Origin: a bacterium
GTDB taxonomy: Bacteria > SZUA-182 > DTGQ01 > JAFGSM01
NCBI GenBank assembly: GCA_049472355.1
Contig: JBLIRP010000106.1
Coordinates: 1 to 11,491 of the forward strand
Length of the DNA stretch: 11,491 bases
Direction of reading: 5' to 3'
Positions 1 through 9,226 of the stretch are shown piece after piece; the first letter of the stretch is position 1, and each line of letters begins with the position of its first letter. Position numbers and translations under genes: made by a program. The notes below the pieces were generated by a model. The model did no database searches and was not told where the DNA came from. It saw only the letters and a list, made by a program, of their open reading frames with translations.

Positions 1-1185
1 TCCCAGGAATACGAAAAGGCCGCGCAACTCAGGGACAAGGAGCGGAAGCTCCGGATGGAGCTGGAGGAGAAGAACCGCTTCTGGCAGGAAGAGCAGAAGA
101 TGAAGCGGGTGGTGGTCAAAGAGGATGATGTGGCGAACGTGGTGTCCAAATGGACCGGGGTGCCGGTCTTCAAGATGGGGGAGGAGGAATCGGAGAAGCT
201 CCTCCACATCGAAGAGGAACTCCACAAGAAGCTGATCGGACAGGACGAGGCGATTAAGGCCGTGTCCCGGGCGATCAAGCGGTCCCGCGCAGGGGTGAAA
301 AATCCCAACCGGCCCATCGGCTCCTTCATCTTCCTCGGCCCCACCGGCGTGGGAAAGACCGAACTGGCCCGGTGTCTCGCGGAGTATCTGTTCGGGAGCC
401 AGAATGCCTTGATTCGTCTCGACATGTCCGAATACACCGAGAAGTTCGCCGTGTCCCGGCTGGTGGGTGCGCCGCCCGGGTACGTCGGCTATGAGGAGGG
501 CGGCCAGCTCACCGAACGGGTGCGGCGCAGGCCCTATTCCGTGGTCCTCATCGACGAGATCGAAAAGGCCCATCCCGAGGTCTTCAACATCCTCCTGCAG
601 GTTTTGGAGGATGGCCATCTGACGGACAGCAGCGGAAGGTTCGTCGATTTCAAAAACGTCGTGGTGATCATGACCTCGAATGTTGCAGCCAAGCATATCG
701 AGAAGAGGGTGAGCGTGGGCTTCAATCCCCAGGATGATGAAATCAAGGCCTACGAGAGCATGAAACAGCTCGTCATGGGTGAGATAAAGCACACCTTCAA
801 CCCGGAGTTCCTGAACCGGGTGGACGAGCTCATCGTGTTTCATTCCCTGGAAAAGGAGCACCTCAGGCTGATCATCCACCTCCTGATCGATCAGTTGAAT
901 ATCCAACTGGAGGACAGGGATATGGTGATCGAGCTTTCCCCGGAGGCGGAAGAGTGGCTCCTGGAGAAGGGGTATCAGCCCAAATACGGCGCCCGACCCC
1001 TCAAGCGGTGTATCCAGCGATATGTGGAGGATGCGCTGTCAGAGTATCTTATCAAGGGCAAGTTCAAGGAAGGCGACCGTATCTTCGTTTCGGTGAAGGA
1101 CGCCGACCTGGTAATGACCCGCAAGGGCAAGAAGATAAAGGAAGAGATCGTCGCCGGCAAGGCTGGGTGGGTAGACAAGGAATGA
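1..1185 (+). CDS. clpC: ATP-dependent Clp protease ATP-binding subunit ClpC (5'-truncated; UVR/M domain end plus second AAA+ domain)
   Basis: The frame is open from base 1 (SQEYEKAAQLRDKERKLRM..., a UVR-domain motif). It has Walker A GPTGVGKT, pore loop GYVG, Walker B VVLIDEIEKAH, a ClpP-docking VGF loop and sensor-2 GARPLKR. The UVR motif plus VGF loop favour ClpC over ClpB. The ATG at 55 is internal. Confidence 0.93.
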   Translation, partial: SQEYEKAAQLRDKERKLRMELEEKNRFWQEEQKMKRVVVKEDDVANVVSKWTGVPVFKMGEEESEKLLHIEEELHKKLIGQDEAIKAVSRAIKRSRAGVKNPNRPIGSFIFLGPTGVGKTELARCLAEYLFGSQNALIRLDMSEYTEKFAVSRLVGAPPGYVGYEEGGQLTERVRRRPYSVVLIDEIEKAHPEVFNILLQVLEDGHLTDSSGRFVDFKNVVVIMTSNVAAKHIEKRVSVGFNPQDDEIKAYESMKQLVMGEIKHTFNPEFLNRVDELIVFHSLEKEHLRLIIHLLIDQLNIQLEDRDMVIELSPEAEEWLLEKGYQPKYGARPLKRCIQRYVEDALSEYLIKGKFKEGDRIFVSVKDADLVMTRKGKKIKEEIVAGKAGWVDKE

Positions 1186-1225
1186 AGCGCCTGCACATGG
1201 GAATGATGCGGGAAAGACTGACGAG

Positions 1226-3526
1226 ATGCTGACGCGCACGCGGGCCATCCCTTGTGCCTTTCTTCTCATCCTGTTTCTGGCCGGTTTCGTTCAGGGCGCC
1301 CAGCAGGGCATCCCGGTGCGCGCCATAGAGATCAGGGGCAACCGGATCATTGAAGAGGCCACCATCCGGCACCAGATTCGAACCAAGGTAGGAACCCCCT
1401 TCTCACCATTCCTCGTTCGCAAGGATATCGCCAATATCTATACAATCGGATACATCGATGATATACGCGTGGAGTCGGAACCCTTCGAGGGCGGGATACG
1501 GCTCATCTACTGGGTCAGGGAAAAGCCATGGATCAAGGGAATCATCTTTGAGGGAAACGAGGAGATAAAGGACGACACCCTCAAGGAAAAGCTCGGCGTA
1601 AAGGAAAAGACCTTCCTGGACAAGGGGGCCATCGCCCAGGGGATCACCGCACTCATGCAGCACTACTACGGCGAGGGGTTCTATCTTGCCGCCATCGATC
1701 ACCGGATCGAAGAGGTGGAGGAGGGGTGGGTCAACCTTCATGTCGTCATCCAGGAGGGTAAGAAGGTAAGGATCCGCAGGGTCGTCTTTTCCGGCAACGA
1801 GCATTTCAGTGACAGGACCTTGCGAAAACAGGTCATCACGCGGCCGCACGGCCTTTTTTCGTTTCTCACGAAAAAGGGGTTTCTCAACAGGGATGTGCTG
1901 GAGGAAGACCGCATACGGTTGCAGAATTTTTACCTGGACCGCGGCTTCATCCACTGCCGGGTTTCCTCACCCACGGTGGAATTCGACGAGCATCGTCGAT
2001 ACCTCACCATTACCTTTCCTATCGAGGAAGGGGAACGGTACACCGTGAAAGAGGTCTCCGTTGCGGGCAACAATATCCTCACCACCGAGGCCCTGCAGGA
2101 GATGCTGCTGGTCAAACCCGGTGACGTGTACTCACGGTCGGAGATCAGCAGGGACATCACGCGCATCACGGACGCCTACGGAGAAAAGGGGTATCTTACC
2201 TCGGAGGTGTTCCCCGGGATCGCCGAGGATACGTCTGCCCGCACCGTTTCCGTTGCCTACAAGATCCGGGAGGGGTCCCCTTCGTTTTTGCGGTGGATCG
2301 ACATCTCCGGGAACACCAAGACCAGGGACAAGGTCATCCGCAGGGAGATGCTCGCAAAGGAGGGGGATCTGCTGGATACCGGGCGGATGCGGGAGAGTTA
2401 CCGGAGGATCCGCACCCTTGGTTTTTTCGAGGAAATGGACCTGAAGACCACGCCTACTCGGGTGGAAAACCAGTTCGATCTCGAGATAACGGTGGCGGAG
2501 CGGCTTACCGGGCAGATCAGCCTGGGTGCGGGGTACAGCTCGGAGGAGCACGTGGTGGGGACCTTCGAAATCACCCAGGGCAATCTGTTCGGTCGCGGCC
2601 AGCGATTGTCCGCCTCCGCCGAAATGGGCGGGGAGCGGCAGACGTACAATATCAGCTTCACCGAGCCCTATTTCATGGACAAGCCCCTGCTCACCGGGTT
2701 CAGGCTCTACTACGATATCAAGGAGTACGACCGGTACACCCGCAGTTCCCGGGGGGGGGACGTGCATTTCGGCTTTCCCCTTCCCCTGAATTTCCGCTAT
2801 TACACGGAATATACCTATGAAAAGGTGAATATATACGACATCGAACCGGCTATTCTCGAAAAGAGGCATATGGGAGAGGACCTCACCCTGTTCGAGAGGA
2901 GCCTCCTGGATGCCGAGGGGTTGACCTATTCCAGCAGCCTGCTGGTCGCCTTCTCGCGGGATACCCGGGACGACCGGTTCCGCCCCACCTCGGGGTCCAT
3001 GAATCGACTCGCCTTCAAGTATGCGGGAGGGTTCCTGGGAGGGGACAACTGGTTCTATACCGCCAACATGGACAGCGGCTGGTATGCGCCCCTGCCCTGG
3101 TGGAAGTTCGTGCTGGCCCTGCACGGCAACCTTGCCTATGCCAGCGGACACGGCGATCGGGATCTCCCGGTGTTTGAGCGGCTCTACTGCGGGGGGACGA
3201 ATACCGTCAGGGGCTACCAGCAGCGCAGCATCGGCCCGCTGGACTGGGACGGCAATCCCACCGGCGGGAACAAGAGGGCGGTGTTCAATCTGGAGGTGCA
3301 CTTCCCCATCTACGAGGCAATGGGCGGGCTGGTCTTCTTCGATGCGGGCAATGTCTTCGACGAGGAAACCCACCTGTTCGCCCACTCGCTCCGGATGAGC
3401 GTGGGTATGGGGATGCGGATCTTCACCCCGATCGGGCCCATGCGTCTTGACTGGGGACATAAGCTGTTGAGAAGACCGGATGAGACAGCGGCGGATTGGC
3501 ACTTTGCCATCGGGACCTATTTCTGA
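1226..3526 (+). CDS. bamA: Outer membrane protein assembly factor BamA (Omp85)
   Basis: 766 aa with an N-terminal signal peptide and POTRA repeats (IEIRGNRII, IIFEGNEEI, VVFSGNEHF, VSVAGNNIL, IDISGNTKTRDKVIRRE). Barrel motifs include NLFGRGQ, FTEPYF, loop-6 VRGY and TPIGPMRLDWG, ending in the C-terminal beta-signal FAIGTYF. Confidence 0.97.
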   Translation: MLTRTRAIPCAFLLILFLAGFVQGAQQGIPVRAIEIRGNRIIEEATIRHQIRTKVGTPFSPFLVRKDIANIYTIGYIDDIRVESEPFEGGIRLIYWVREKPWIKGIIFEGNEEIKDDTLKEKLGVKEKTFLDKGAIAQGITALMQHYYGEGFYLAAIDHRIEEVEEGWVNLHVVIQEGKKVRIRRVVFSGNEHFSDRTLRKQVITRPHGLFSFLTKKGFLNRDVLEEDRIRLQNFYLDRGFIHCRVSSPTVEFDEHRRYLTITFPIEEGERYTVKEVSVAGNNILTTEALQEMLLVKPGDVYSRSEISRDITRITDAYGEKGYLTSEVFPGIAEDTSARTVSVAYKIREGSPSFLRWIDISGNTKTRDKVIRREMLAKEGDLLDTGRMRESYRRIRTLGFFEEMDLKTTPTRVENQFDLEITVAERLTGQISLGAGYSSEEHVVGTFEITQGNLFGRGQRLSASAEMGGERQTYNISFTEPYFMDKPLLTGFRLYYDIKEYDRYTRSSRGGDVHFGFPLPLNFRYYTEYTYEKVNIYDIEPAILEKRHMGEDLTLFERSLLDAEGLTYSSSLLVAFSRDTRDDRFRPTSGSMNRLAFKYAGGFLGGDNWFYTANMDSGWYAPLPWWKFVLALHGNLAYASGHGDRDLPVFERLYCGGTNTVRGYQQRSIGPLDWDGNPTGGNKRAVFNLEVHFPIYEAMGGLVFFDAGNVFDEETHLFAHSLRMSVGMGMRIFTPIGPMRLDWGHKLLRRPDETAADWHFAIGTYF

Positions 3527-3536
3527 GAGCATCACC

Positions 3537-3555
3537 CGGACGGTTTGCCCGTCCG
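3537..3555 (+). other. Small GC-rich hairpin just after the bamA stop
   Basis: CGGACGG (3537-3543), 5-nt loop, CCGTCCG (3549-3555). There is no U-tract, so it is not a classical intrinsic terminator. Confidence 0.4.
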
Positions 3556-3583
3556 TGGGACCACAACGACAACGATCACGGAA

Positions 3584-3654
3584 TGTAATTGCTCATTTTC
3601 AGATGGGAAGGGGAATGTATCCCCCTTCACCGTCAGAGGTTTTGAGCAGTTACA
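3584..3654. repeat. 71-bp imperfect inverted repeat / long stem-loop in the bamA-skp intergenic region
   Basis: Outer arms TGTAATTGCTCA (3584-3595) and TGAGCAGTTACA (3643-3654) pair over 12 positions with one G-U. Inner arms are GATGG-GAAGGGG and CCCCTTC-A-CCGTC. Confidence 0.65.
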
Positions 3655-3680
3655 GAGAAACGTGAGAAAGAGAGGGGAGC

Positions 3681-4232
3681 ATGAGGTATCGTATCAGGGA
3701 TCGAATGAACGTATGTCTTCTATGTGTTATGCTTTTGACAATCCTTGTGTGTGCCTGGACTCAGGGCGCGTGCGGGGCCGACCTGAAGATCGGCTTCATC
3801 AACAGCCAGCGGATCATCGACGAATCCAGGGCGGGCCGGGAGACCACCAAAAAGATGGAGACGTTCAAGACGGAGAACATGGAGAAGCTCGAAGGCATGA
3901 ACAAGGAGATCGAGGGCCTGGAACAGGATCTCAGGAAGAAGGAGTTCGCCCTCAGCCCGGAAAAGAAAAGGGAGATCGAGGATTCTATCAGGCAGAAGAG
4001 ACTTGAGCTCAAATTCTTCAAAGAGGACAAGGAAAAGGAGCTCAAGGAGCTTTTCTATCAGAATCTCAAGAACGTGGAAAACGAGGTGCTCTCCATCGTC
4101 CAGCGGATAGGCCAGGAAGAGGGGTTCGATCTGGTCCTGGGCCGGGACGAGAGCGGGATATTGTATGCAAATCCGAAGATCGATATCACCGACAAGGTAA
4201 TACGGATCTATGACCAGCAAATCCAACAATAG
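3681..4232 (+). CDS. skp: Periplasmic OMP chaperone Skp/OmpH
   Basis: A signal peptide is followed by [14 protein letters not shown], a long charged coiled coil, and the C-terminal GFDLVL...[15 protein letters not shown]. Canonical position between bamA and lpxD. The start could alternatively be ATG 3705. Confidence 0.93.
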   Translation: MRYRIRDRMNVCLLCVMLLTILVCAWTQGACGADLKIGFINSQRIIDESRAGRETTKKMETFKTENMEKLEGMNKEIEGLEQDLRKKEFALSPEKKREIEDSIRQKRLELKFFKEDKEKELKELFYQNLKNVENEVLSIVQRIGQEEGFDLVLGRDESGILYANPKIDITDKVIRIYDQQIQQ

Positions 4233-5283
4233 TCATGAGTATACGCTTCGGGAACTGGCGGAGAGGCTTCAGGGGAAGGTCCTTGGAGAGGGCGCCGTAA
4301 CGATCCGGGGGATTGCCGGGCTGGAGGAGGCGCACGCCGGCGACATCACCTTCCTGGCGAACCCCCGCTACCGGCCGCTCGTTTCCCAGACACAGGCCTC
4401 CGCGCTCATCGCATCCCAGGAGGAGCCCTCGTTCGGCGGCCCTATTCTCCAGGTGCCGGACCCCTACCTTGCCTTTGCCATGCTCCTGGAGGCGTTTTAT
4501 CCGCCTCATGGGCACGTACCCGGTACTCACGAGACCGCGGTGGTCCAGCCCGATGCCCGGATAGGGGAAGGGGTGTGCATCGAACCGGGCGCGGTGGTTG
4601 CCCACGGGGTCGAGCTGGGGGACAGGGTGTGGATCGGCGCATGCGCAGTGGTGGGGGAGGACTCCAGCATCGGCAATGACACCCGTATTCATCCCAATGT
4701 CACCATTTACCCCGGTACCCGGATCGGGGAGCGCGTGATCATCCATGCAGGCGCCGTCATCGGCAGCGACGGCTTCGGGTATGCGCGCAAGGACGGGCTC
4801 CCTTACAAGGTCCCGCAGGTCGGGGGGGTGGTGATCGAGGATGATTGCGAGATAGGGGCCAATGCCACCATAGACCGGGGCACCCTGGGGGATACCCGCA
4901 TCGGCAAGGGCACCAAGATCGATAACCTCGTCCAGGTCGGCCACAATGTATCCATAGGCCCCTACTCGATCCTGGTTGCCCAGGTCGGGGTGTCCGGGAG
5001 CGCACGCATAGGAAAGGGTGTGGTGCTGGCAGGCCAGTCGGGCGTGGCAGGGCACATCCAGATCGGCGACGGGGTGACGGTGGCAGGGAAATCTGCTGTC
5101 ACCAAGAGTATCCCCGCGGGCGAGACCGTGGGGGGATTCATGGCCTTTCCCATTCGCGAATGGCGCAAGGCGGAGGCCGTATACCGGCACCTTCCCGATT
5201 TACAGGACGCCTACCGGAGGCTGACGAAAAGGCTCGATGCCCTGGAGGCCCTCCTCAGACAGTCGGGTCAACGCCCCTCGTGA
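4210..5283 (+). CDS. lpxD: UDP-3-O-(3-hydroxyacyl)glucosamine N-acyltransferase LpxD
   Basis: N-terminal ITFLANPRY and DPYLAFA, hexapeptide repeats, [19 protein letters not shown] and [13 protein letters not shown] (catalytic His region). Overlaps skp by 23 bp. Confidence 0.97.
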   Translation: MTSKSNNSHEYTLRELAERLQGKVLGEGAVTIRGIAGLEEAHAGDITFLANPRYRPLVSQTQASALIASQEEPSFGGPILQVPDPYLAFAMLLEAFYPPHGHVPGTHETAVVQPDARIGEGVCIEPGAVVAHGVELGDRVWIGACAVVGEDSSIGNDTRIHPNVTIYPGTRIGERVIIHAGAVIGSDGFGYARKDGLPYKVPQVGGVVIEDDCEIGANATIDRGTLGDTRIGKGTKIDNLVQVGHNVSIGPYSILVAQVGVSGSARIGKGVVLAGQSGVAGHIQIGDGVTVAGKSAVTKSIPAGETVGGFMAFPIREWRKAEAVYRHLPDLQDAYRRLTKRLDALEALLRQSGQRPS

Positions 5284-7082
5284 AAATGCTCAAATACCCT
5301 CCGGGCGGTATTCCGGTCGATCCCCGGCACCGCGGCGAGGTCTTCCTCGGTTGCTTTCCTGATCGCCTCAAGACCTGAAAAATGTCTCAGGATCATTTGC
5401 TTCCGCCTGGGTCCCACCCCAGGGATTTCATCCAGGCCGGAGGAGAATGCCCTCCTTTTCCTGCGCGTCTTCTGATAGGTGATGGCGAAGCGGTGCGCCT
5501 CGTCGCGTATCCTCTGGAGGAGCTGCAGGGTGGGGGACCGGTCGGGGAATGCGAGGGGATCGGTCCGGTCCGGTGAGTATATCAACTCCTCGCGTTTTGC
5601 CAGGCTGATCACCGGCTGGTCCGGCAGACCCAACTCCCTGAAAACCCGCAGCCCGGCCTGCAGGTGCCCCTTGCCCCCGTCGATAAGGACAAGGTCCGGC
5701 ATCGGTACCTGCTCTCGCCCAAGCCGCTCATAGCGCCTCTTCAGCACCTCCGCCATCATGCCGTAATCATCGATCCCTTCGACGCCCTTTATGCGGAAGC
5801 GCCGGTATGCCGACTTGTCCGGCTCCCCATCCCGCCAGCAGACCATGGATCCCACTGCCTCGGTGGGACCCAGGTTTGAGATATCGAATCCCTCGATCCT
5901 CCGGGGAGGCCGGGGCAGGTGCAGGTCCTCCTGTACCTGCCGCAACAGATCCTCCCCTTGCATGCGGCCATCCTCCACCGGCACCTCCAGTTCCAGGGCG
6001 GCATTGGTCTGTGCCATGAGGAGGAGCCTTTTTTTGTCCCCGCGCCGGGGCGCCTGGATGGTGACCTTTGTCCCCCTTTTCCGGGAAAGCCATTGCTCCA
6101 GCAGGTCCCGATCGGACGGCATGGCCTGCACCAGCACTGTCGGGGGGATCGATTTTCCGGATTGATAGAACTGCTCCAGTATGCCCGCCATCAACTCCCC
6201 CTCGGGGATATCCTGCACCCCTGCAATGTGCAGGGATTTCCTTCCGGTCATTCTTCCGAAACGGATGAAGAAGACCTGGGCACAGGCCCGGTTCCCTTCC
6301 CTGGCAAAGGAAAAACAGTCATAATCCTCGCACGTGGTGCTGTACACGTGCTGTTTTTCGAGGCAGGTCTCCACTGCCCGTATCTGGTCCCTCAGGGTGG
6401 CTGCCTGTTCATACCGCTGCGCATGGGCGGCCTCCTCCATATCCCTGCGCAGCATTCGTATCAGGTCATCCCTTTTCCCCTGGAGAAACAGGATGACCTC
6501 CTGCATCAATTCCCGGTACCGTTCCCGGGTGATCAGCCCTGCGCACGGGGCGCAACACAACCCGATCTGGTGGTTGAGACAGGGGCGCCCGGGATTTTTG
6601 GGCATCGGCCCCTGGCAGCGCCGCACCGGAAAGATGCGGTGAATCACCCGCAGCGTCTGCCGAAGGGCATGGGCGGGGGTGTAGGGGCCGAAATACCTGC
6701 CCCCGTCCCTTTTTATCCTCCTCACCACGGTCAGGCGCGGGAACGGCTCGTTCATGGTGACGCACAGGTGGGGATAGTGCTTGTCGTCCTTGAGCACCAC
6801 GTTGAACCGGGGGCGGTGCCGTTTGATGAGGTTGCTTTCCAGGATGAGGGCCTCCAGCTCCGAACCGGTGACAATGTATTCCAGGTCACGGATGTGGGAG
6901 GCGAGCAGCTCTCGCCGCGGATTGGGATCAGGGGCGGGACGCAGATAGGACATCACCCGCTTTCTCAGGGATGTCGCCTTGCCGCAGTAGATGACGGTTC
7001 CCTGCTCATCCTTGAAAAGATACACCCCCGGCAGGTCCGGCAGGCCGGCGGCCTTTGCCGCGAGTCCTCGGATGACCGCCAT
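5268..7082 (-). CDS. uvrC: Excinuclease ABC subunit C
   Basis: GIY-YIG domain (PGVYLF...VIYCGKA..LRKRV), Cys-rich segment (C...[13 protein letters not shown]), UVR domain ([10 protein letters not shown]), RNase H-like domain ([22 protein letters not shown]) and C-terminal HhH pair (IPGVG, VPGID). Converges on lpxD with a 16-bp overlap. Confidence 0.97.
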   Translation of the reverse strand: MAVIRGLAAKAAGLPDLPGVYLFKDEQGTVIYCGKATSLRKRVMSYLRPAPDPNPRRELLASHIRDLEYIVTGSELEALILESNLIKRHRPRFNVVLKDDKHYPHLCVTMNEPFPRLTVVRRIKRDGGRYFGPYTPAHALRQTLRVIHRIFPVRRCQGPMPKNPGRPCLNHQIGLCCAPCAGLITRERYRELMQEVILFLQGKRDDLIRMLRRDMEEAAHAQRYEQAATLRDQIRAVETCLEKQHVYSTTCEDYDCFSFAREGNRACAQVFFIRFGRMTGRKSLHIAGVQDIPEGELMAGILEQFYQSGKSIPPTVLVQAMPSDRDLLEQWLSRKRGTKVTIQAPRRGDKKRLLLMAQTNAALELEVPVEDGRMQGEDLLRQVQEDLHLPRPPRRIEGFDISNLGPTEAVGSMVCWRDGEPDKSAYRRFRIKGVEGIDDYGMMAEVLKRRYERLGREQVPMPDLVLIDGGKGHLQAGLRVFRELGLPDQPVISLAKREELIYSPDRTDPLAFPDRSPTLQLLQRIRDEAHRFAITYQKTRRKRRAFSSGLDEIPGVGPRRKQMILRHFSGLEAIRKATEEDLAAVPGIDRNTARRVFEHFHEGR

Positions 7083-7088
7083 GGGGAC

Positions 7089-7295
7089 CTACTTTTTTAC
7101 CAGGAGATGAAAATCGGCTGCGTTGTCGTCCTTTTTCATACCCAGGGATGTGGCGCAGGCGCTGCACAGGTACTCGTACTTGTTCCCGTCAGGCAGCACC
7201 AGGAGGAGCCGCTTCCTCACGGGCATGGCCCTCTTGCACTTGGGGCAGTAAAGGGAGTATGCCTCGAATTCCTGGTAGGCGTCTTGTCTGGTCAT
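7089..7295 (-). CDS. Small zinc-ribbon protein of unknown function (68 aa)
   Basis: Two CxxC pairs (YCPKCK, LCSACA). A perfect SD AAGGAGGT lies at 7309-7302 upstream of ATG 7295. The stop is 6 bp before the uvrC start. Confidence 0.85.
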   Translation of the reverse strand: MTRQDAYQEFEAYSLYCPKCKRAMPVRKRLLLVLPDGNKYEYLCSACATSLGMKKDDNAADFHLLVKK

Positions 7296-7340
7296 GAATG
7301 AACCTCCTTGAGTCGTTTCATGCCCGAATCTACATATCTT

Positions 7341-7370
7341 ATTGTATCATATCGCAGTTTGAATCGTCCA
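7341..7370 (-). promoter_or_regulatory. Putative sigma70 promoter (extended -10) for the zinc-ribbon/uvrC pair
   Basis: The minus strand has TGA-TACAAT (7349-7341; TGn plus a 5/6 -10 match) and a weak -35 TGGACG (7370-7365) with an 18-bp spacer, in an AT-rich intergenic gap. Confidence 0.5.
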
Positions 7371-7384
7371 TGGCATCCACCGTT

Positions 7385-7810
7385 TCACTGCTTCAGTCGG
7401 ATGACCTCGAAGGGGGCCTCTTGATCGGCCTGTTTCATGCGCTTCTGGACAATGAGGGTGGAAACGCCCCGCTCCTTGGCGATTTGGATGATCCTGTCGG
7501 CGGAGGGCCCCTTGAGGATTCCCACCTCCACCTCCACCCCCCTTTCCCGCGCCTGCTCCTCTATGTTCCGGAGCGCCCTCTCGATTATCCGTGCTCGCTG
7601 CTCCTTGATCTCACTCCGCAACTGCTCGGTGATGGCGCTTCCCATGAAGCCTATGTCTGCGACCATCTCGCCCACCTTTCGCGAGACATCCTGGTCCCGC
7701 ACATCCAGGATTATGAGCCTGGCCTTCTCGCCGGCGGCGCGTTCTATGGCGAACCGGGCGACCTTCTCCGATATGGATGTTGCCGAGAATACCACCATGA
7801 TTGTATTCAT
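7385..7810 (-). CDS. Universal stress protein (Usp family), C-terminally atypical
   Basis: Usp pattern MNTIMVVF..S..SEKVARFAIERA...ARLIILDV...GVEVEVGILKG.SADRIIQIAKERGVSTLIV. SD GGAGG upstream of ATG 7810, 12 bp after the transporter stop. Confidence 0.8.
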   Translation of the reverse strand: MNTIMVVFSATSISEKVARFAIERAAGEKARLIILDVRDQDVSRKVGEMVADIGFMGSAITEQLRSEIKEQRARIIERALRNIEEQARERGVEVEVGILKGPSADRIIQIAKERGVSTLIVQKRMKQADQEAPFEVIRLKQ

Positions 7811-7822
7811 ACCATCCTCCCG

Positions 7823-9217
7823 TCAGATCACCAGACCGATGATCGGCCAATAGAGTAAGGCCAGGATAATGAAAAGGATAAGCGACAGCACATTGAGCAG
7901 CAGCCCGGGCTTGATGACCGCACCGATCTCGTAGTACCCCGATGAATAGGCAATCGCATTGGGGGGGCTGCTTATGGGAAGGATGAACGCCAGGCCCGAT
8001 GACACCGCCACGAAGTAGACCATGACCGGCGGATCGATTCCCAGGCGTCCGCACAGGCTCAAGGCAACCGGGAGAATGATGGCGACGCAGGCCACGTTGC
8101 TCACCCCTTCGGTGAGCAGCTTCGCGGCAACCGCGAACAGGATGAGGGTGAACAGGGGGGTGCGCGGCCCGAACGCGAGGAACTTCTCGACCATCCACGT
8201 CATCGCCCCGGTGTGTTCCAGCGCCTTTGCCGCGACCACCGCCCCTCCGTACATGAGAATGACCCCCCAGTTCACGTAGCTGTGCACATCCTCCCATTGG
8301 AGACATTCAAACACGAACAACACCGCGACCGACAGGAGGGAGATTACGGCCAGTCCCAGGGTATGACTGGCGAAGATCCACATGCCGATGGTCAGCACCA
8401 GGATGGCCAGGACCCTTTTTTCCAGGTGCGTGATGGGCCCGATGCGGGCGAGATCCTCCCTCAGCCTCTTCCCTGCGGAGCTTACATCATCGACGTCGAT
8501 GGTGAAGGAGATGAGGAGAACGCAGTAGCATGCGGCAAGGAGCACGAAGCAGAGGGGACAGACCGCCTTCATCCACTCGAAGAAGCCGATGGTGGTGCCG
8601 AATTGCTCCTCCAGTATGGCAAGGGCGAGGGGATTTCGTGCCCCTCCCAGGAGCGTGCCCACGCCGCCGATGATCGCGCCCCATGCCATGGCAATGAACA
8701 TGAGCGCCCCGAAGCTCGAATCGAGGGGGGACAGATCGAGGCTTGCGGCGATGCTCCCGATCACCGGGAACATCAGGGCGGCCACCGCATGCTCCGGTAT
8801 GATGAAGGACATGAGCATGCAGGTCACCAGTATGCCGAGAATGAGCATGCGCGGGCTCCGGTCGAAACGGCTCAGGAGCAGTATGGCTATCCTCCTGCTC
8901 AATCCCGATTTCATCAAGGCGGTGGCGATGATGAACGCCCCCAGGATGAAGAATACCGCCTGGTTGCCGAACAGGGCGAATGCCTGGTCCGCCCTCATGA
9001 TTCGCAGCAGGGGGATGAGGGCGATGATCAGGAGCCCGGTCACCGACAGGGGGAGGGCATGGGTGGTCCAGAGGACAACGGCAATCACGAAAACGGCTAT
9101 GGCCCGACTTCCCTCCCCTGTCAAACCGGGAGGGGCGGGAAGGATCGTCGAGGCCGCAAGCAGGACTACACAGAGGCCTATGATGAAGGTGGCGTATGCT
9201 CGACGGCTTGTTTTCAT
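7823..9217 (-). CDS. DASS/SLC13 family (divalent anion:Na+ symporter) permease
   Basis: About 464 aa and highly hydrophobic, with WTTHALP, FILGAFIIATALMKSGLSRRIA, IIGGVGTLLG, VNWGVILMYGG, TEGVSNVA and AFILPISSPPNAIAYSSG. The ATG is at 9217; an in-frame TTG at 9220 is an alternative. Confidence 0.92.
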   Translation of the reverse strand: MKTSRRAYATFIIGLCVVLLAASTILPAPPGLTGEGSRAIAVFVIAVVLWTTHALPLSVTGLLIIALIPLLRIMRADQAFALFGNQAVFFILGAFIIATALMKSGLSRRIAILLLSRFDRSPRMLILGILVTCMLMSFIIPEHAVAALMFPVIGSIAASLDLSPLDSSFGALMFIAMAWGAIIGGVGTLLGGARNPLALAILEEQFGTTIGFFEWMKAVCPLCFVLLAACYCVLLISFTIDVDDVSSAGKRLREDLARIGPITHLEKRVLAILVLTIGMWIFASHTLGLAVISLLSVAVLFVFECLQWEDVHSYVNWGVILMYGGAVVAAKALEHTGAMTWMVEKFLAFGPRTPLFTLILFAVAAKLLTEGVSNVACVAIILPVALSLCGRLGIDPPVMVYFVAVSSGLAFILPISSPPNAIAYSSGYYEIGAVIKPGLLLNVLSLILFIILALLYWPIIGLVI

Positions 9218-9226
9218 CAACGATCA

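Noticed and set aside
1182..1232. 16-codon ORF (MKRLHMGMMRERLTRC) bridging the clpC stop and bamA start
   Set aside because: It overlaps both genes and could in principle couple translation, but it is too short and has no independent support.
2751..2759. G9 homopolymer in bamA as a phase-variation tract
   Set aside because: The frame is intact (Arg-Gly-Gly-Asp) and bamA is normally essential. Such runs occur by chance in GC-rich DNA.
2132..3535. 467-aa minus-strand ORF (also 1403-1954, 3720-4229, 4186-5190)
   Set aside because: These are antisense shadows of bamA, skp and lpxD, expected from GC-rich codon usage. No recognisable motifs.
3545..4006. 153-aa plus-strand ORF spanning the bamA-skp gap
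   Set aside because: TTG start without an RBS, out-of-frame overlap with skp, and no recognisable features.
5919..7301. 460-aa plus-strand ORF
   Set aside because: Antisense shadow of uvrC and the zinc-ribbon gene.
7296..7384. LexA/SOS box upstream of the zinc-ribbon/uvrC pair
   Set aside because: No CTGT-N8-ACAG or GAAC-N4-GTTC match is visible. A lineage-specific box cannot be excluded.
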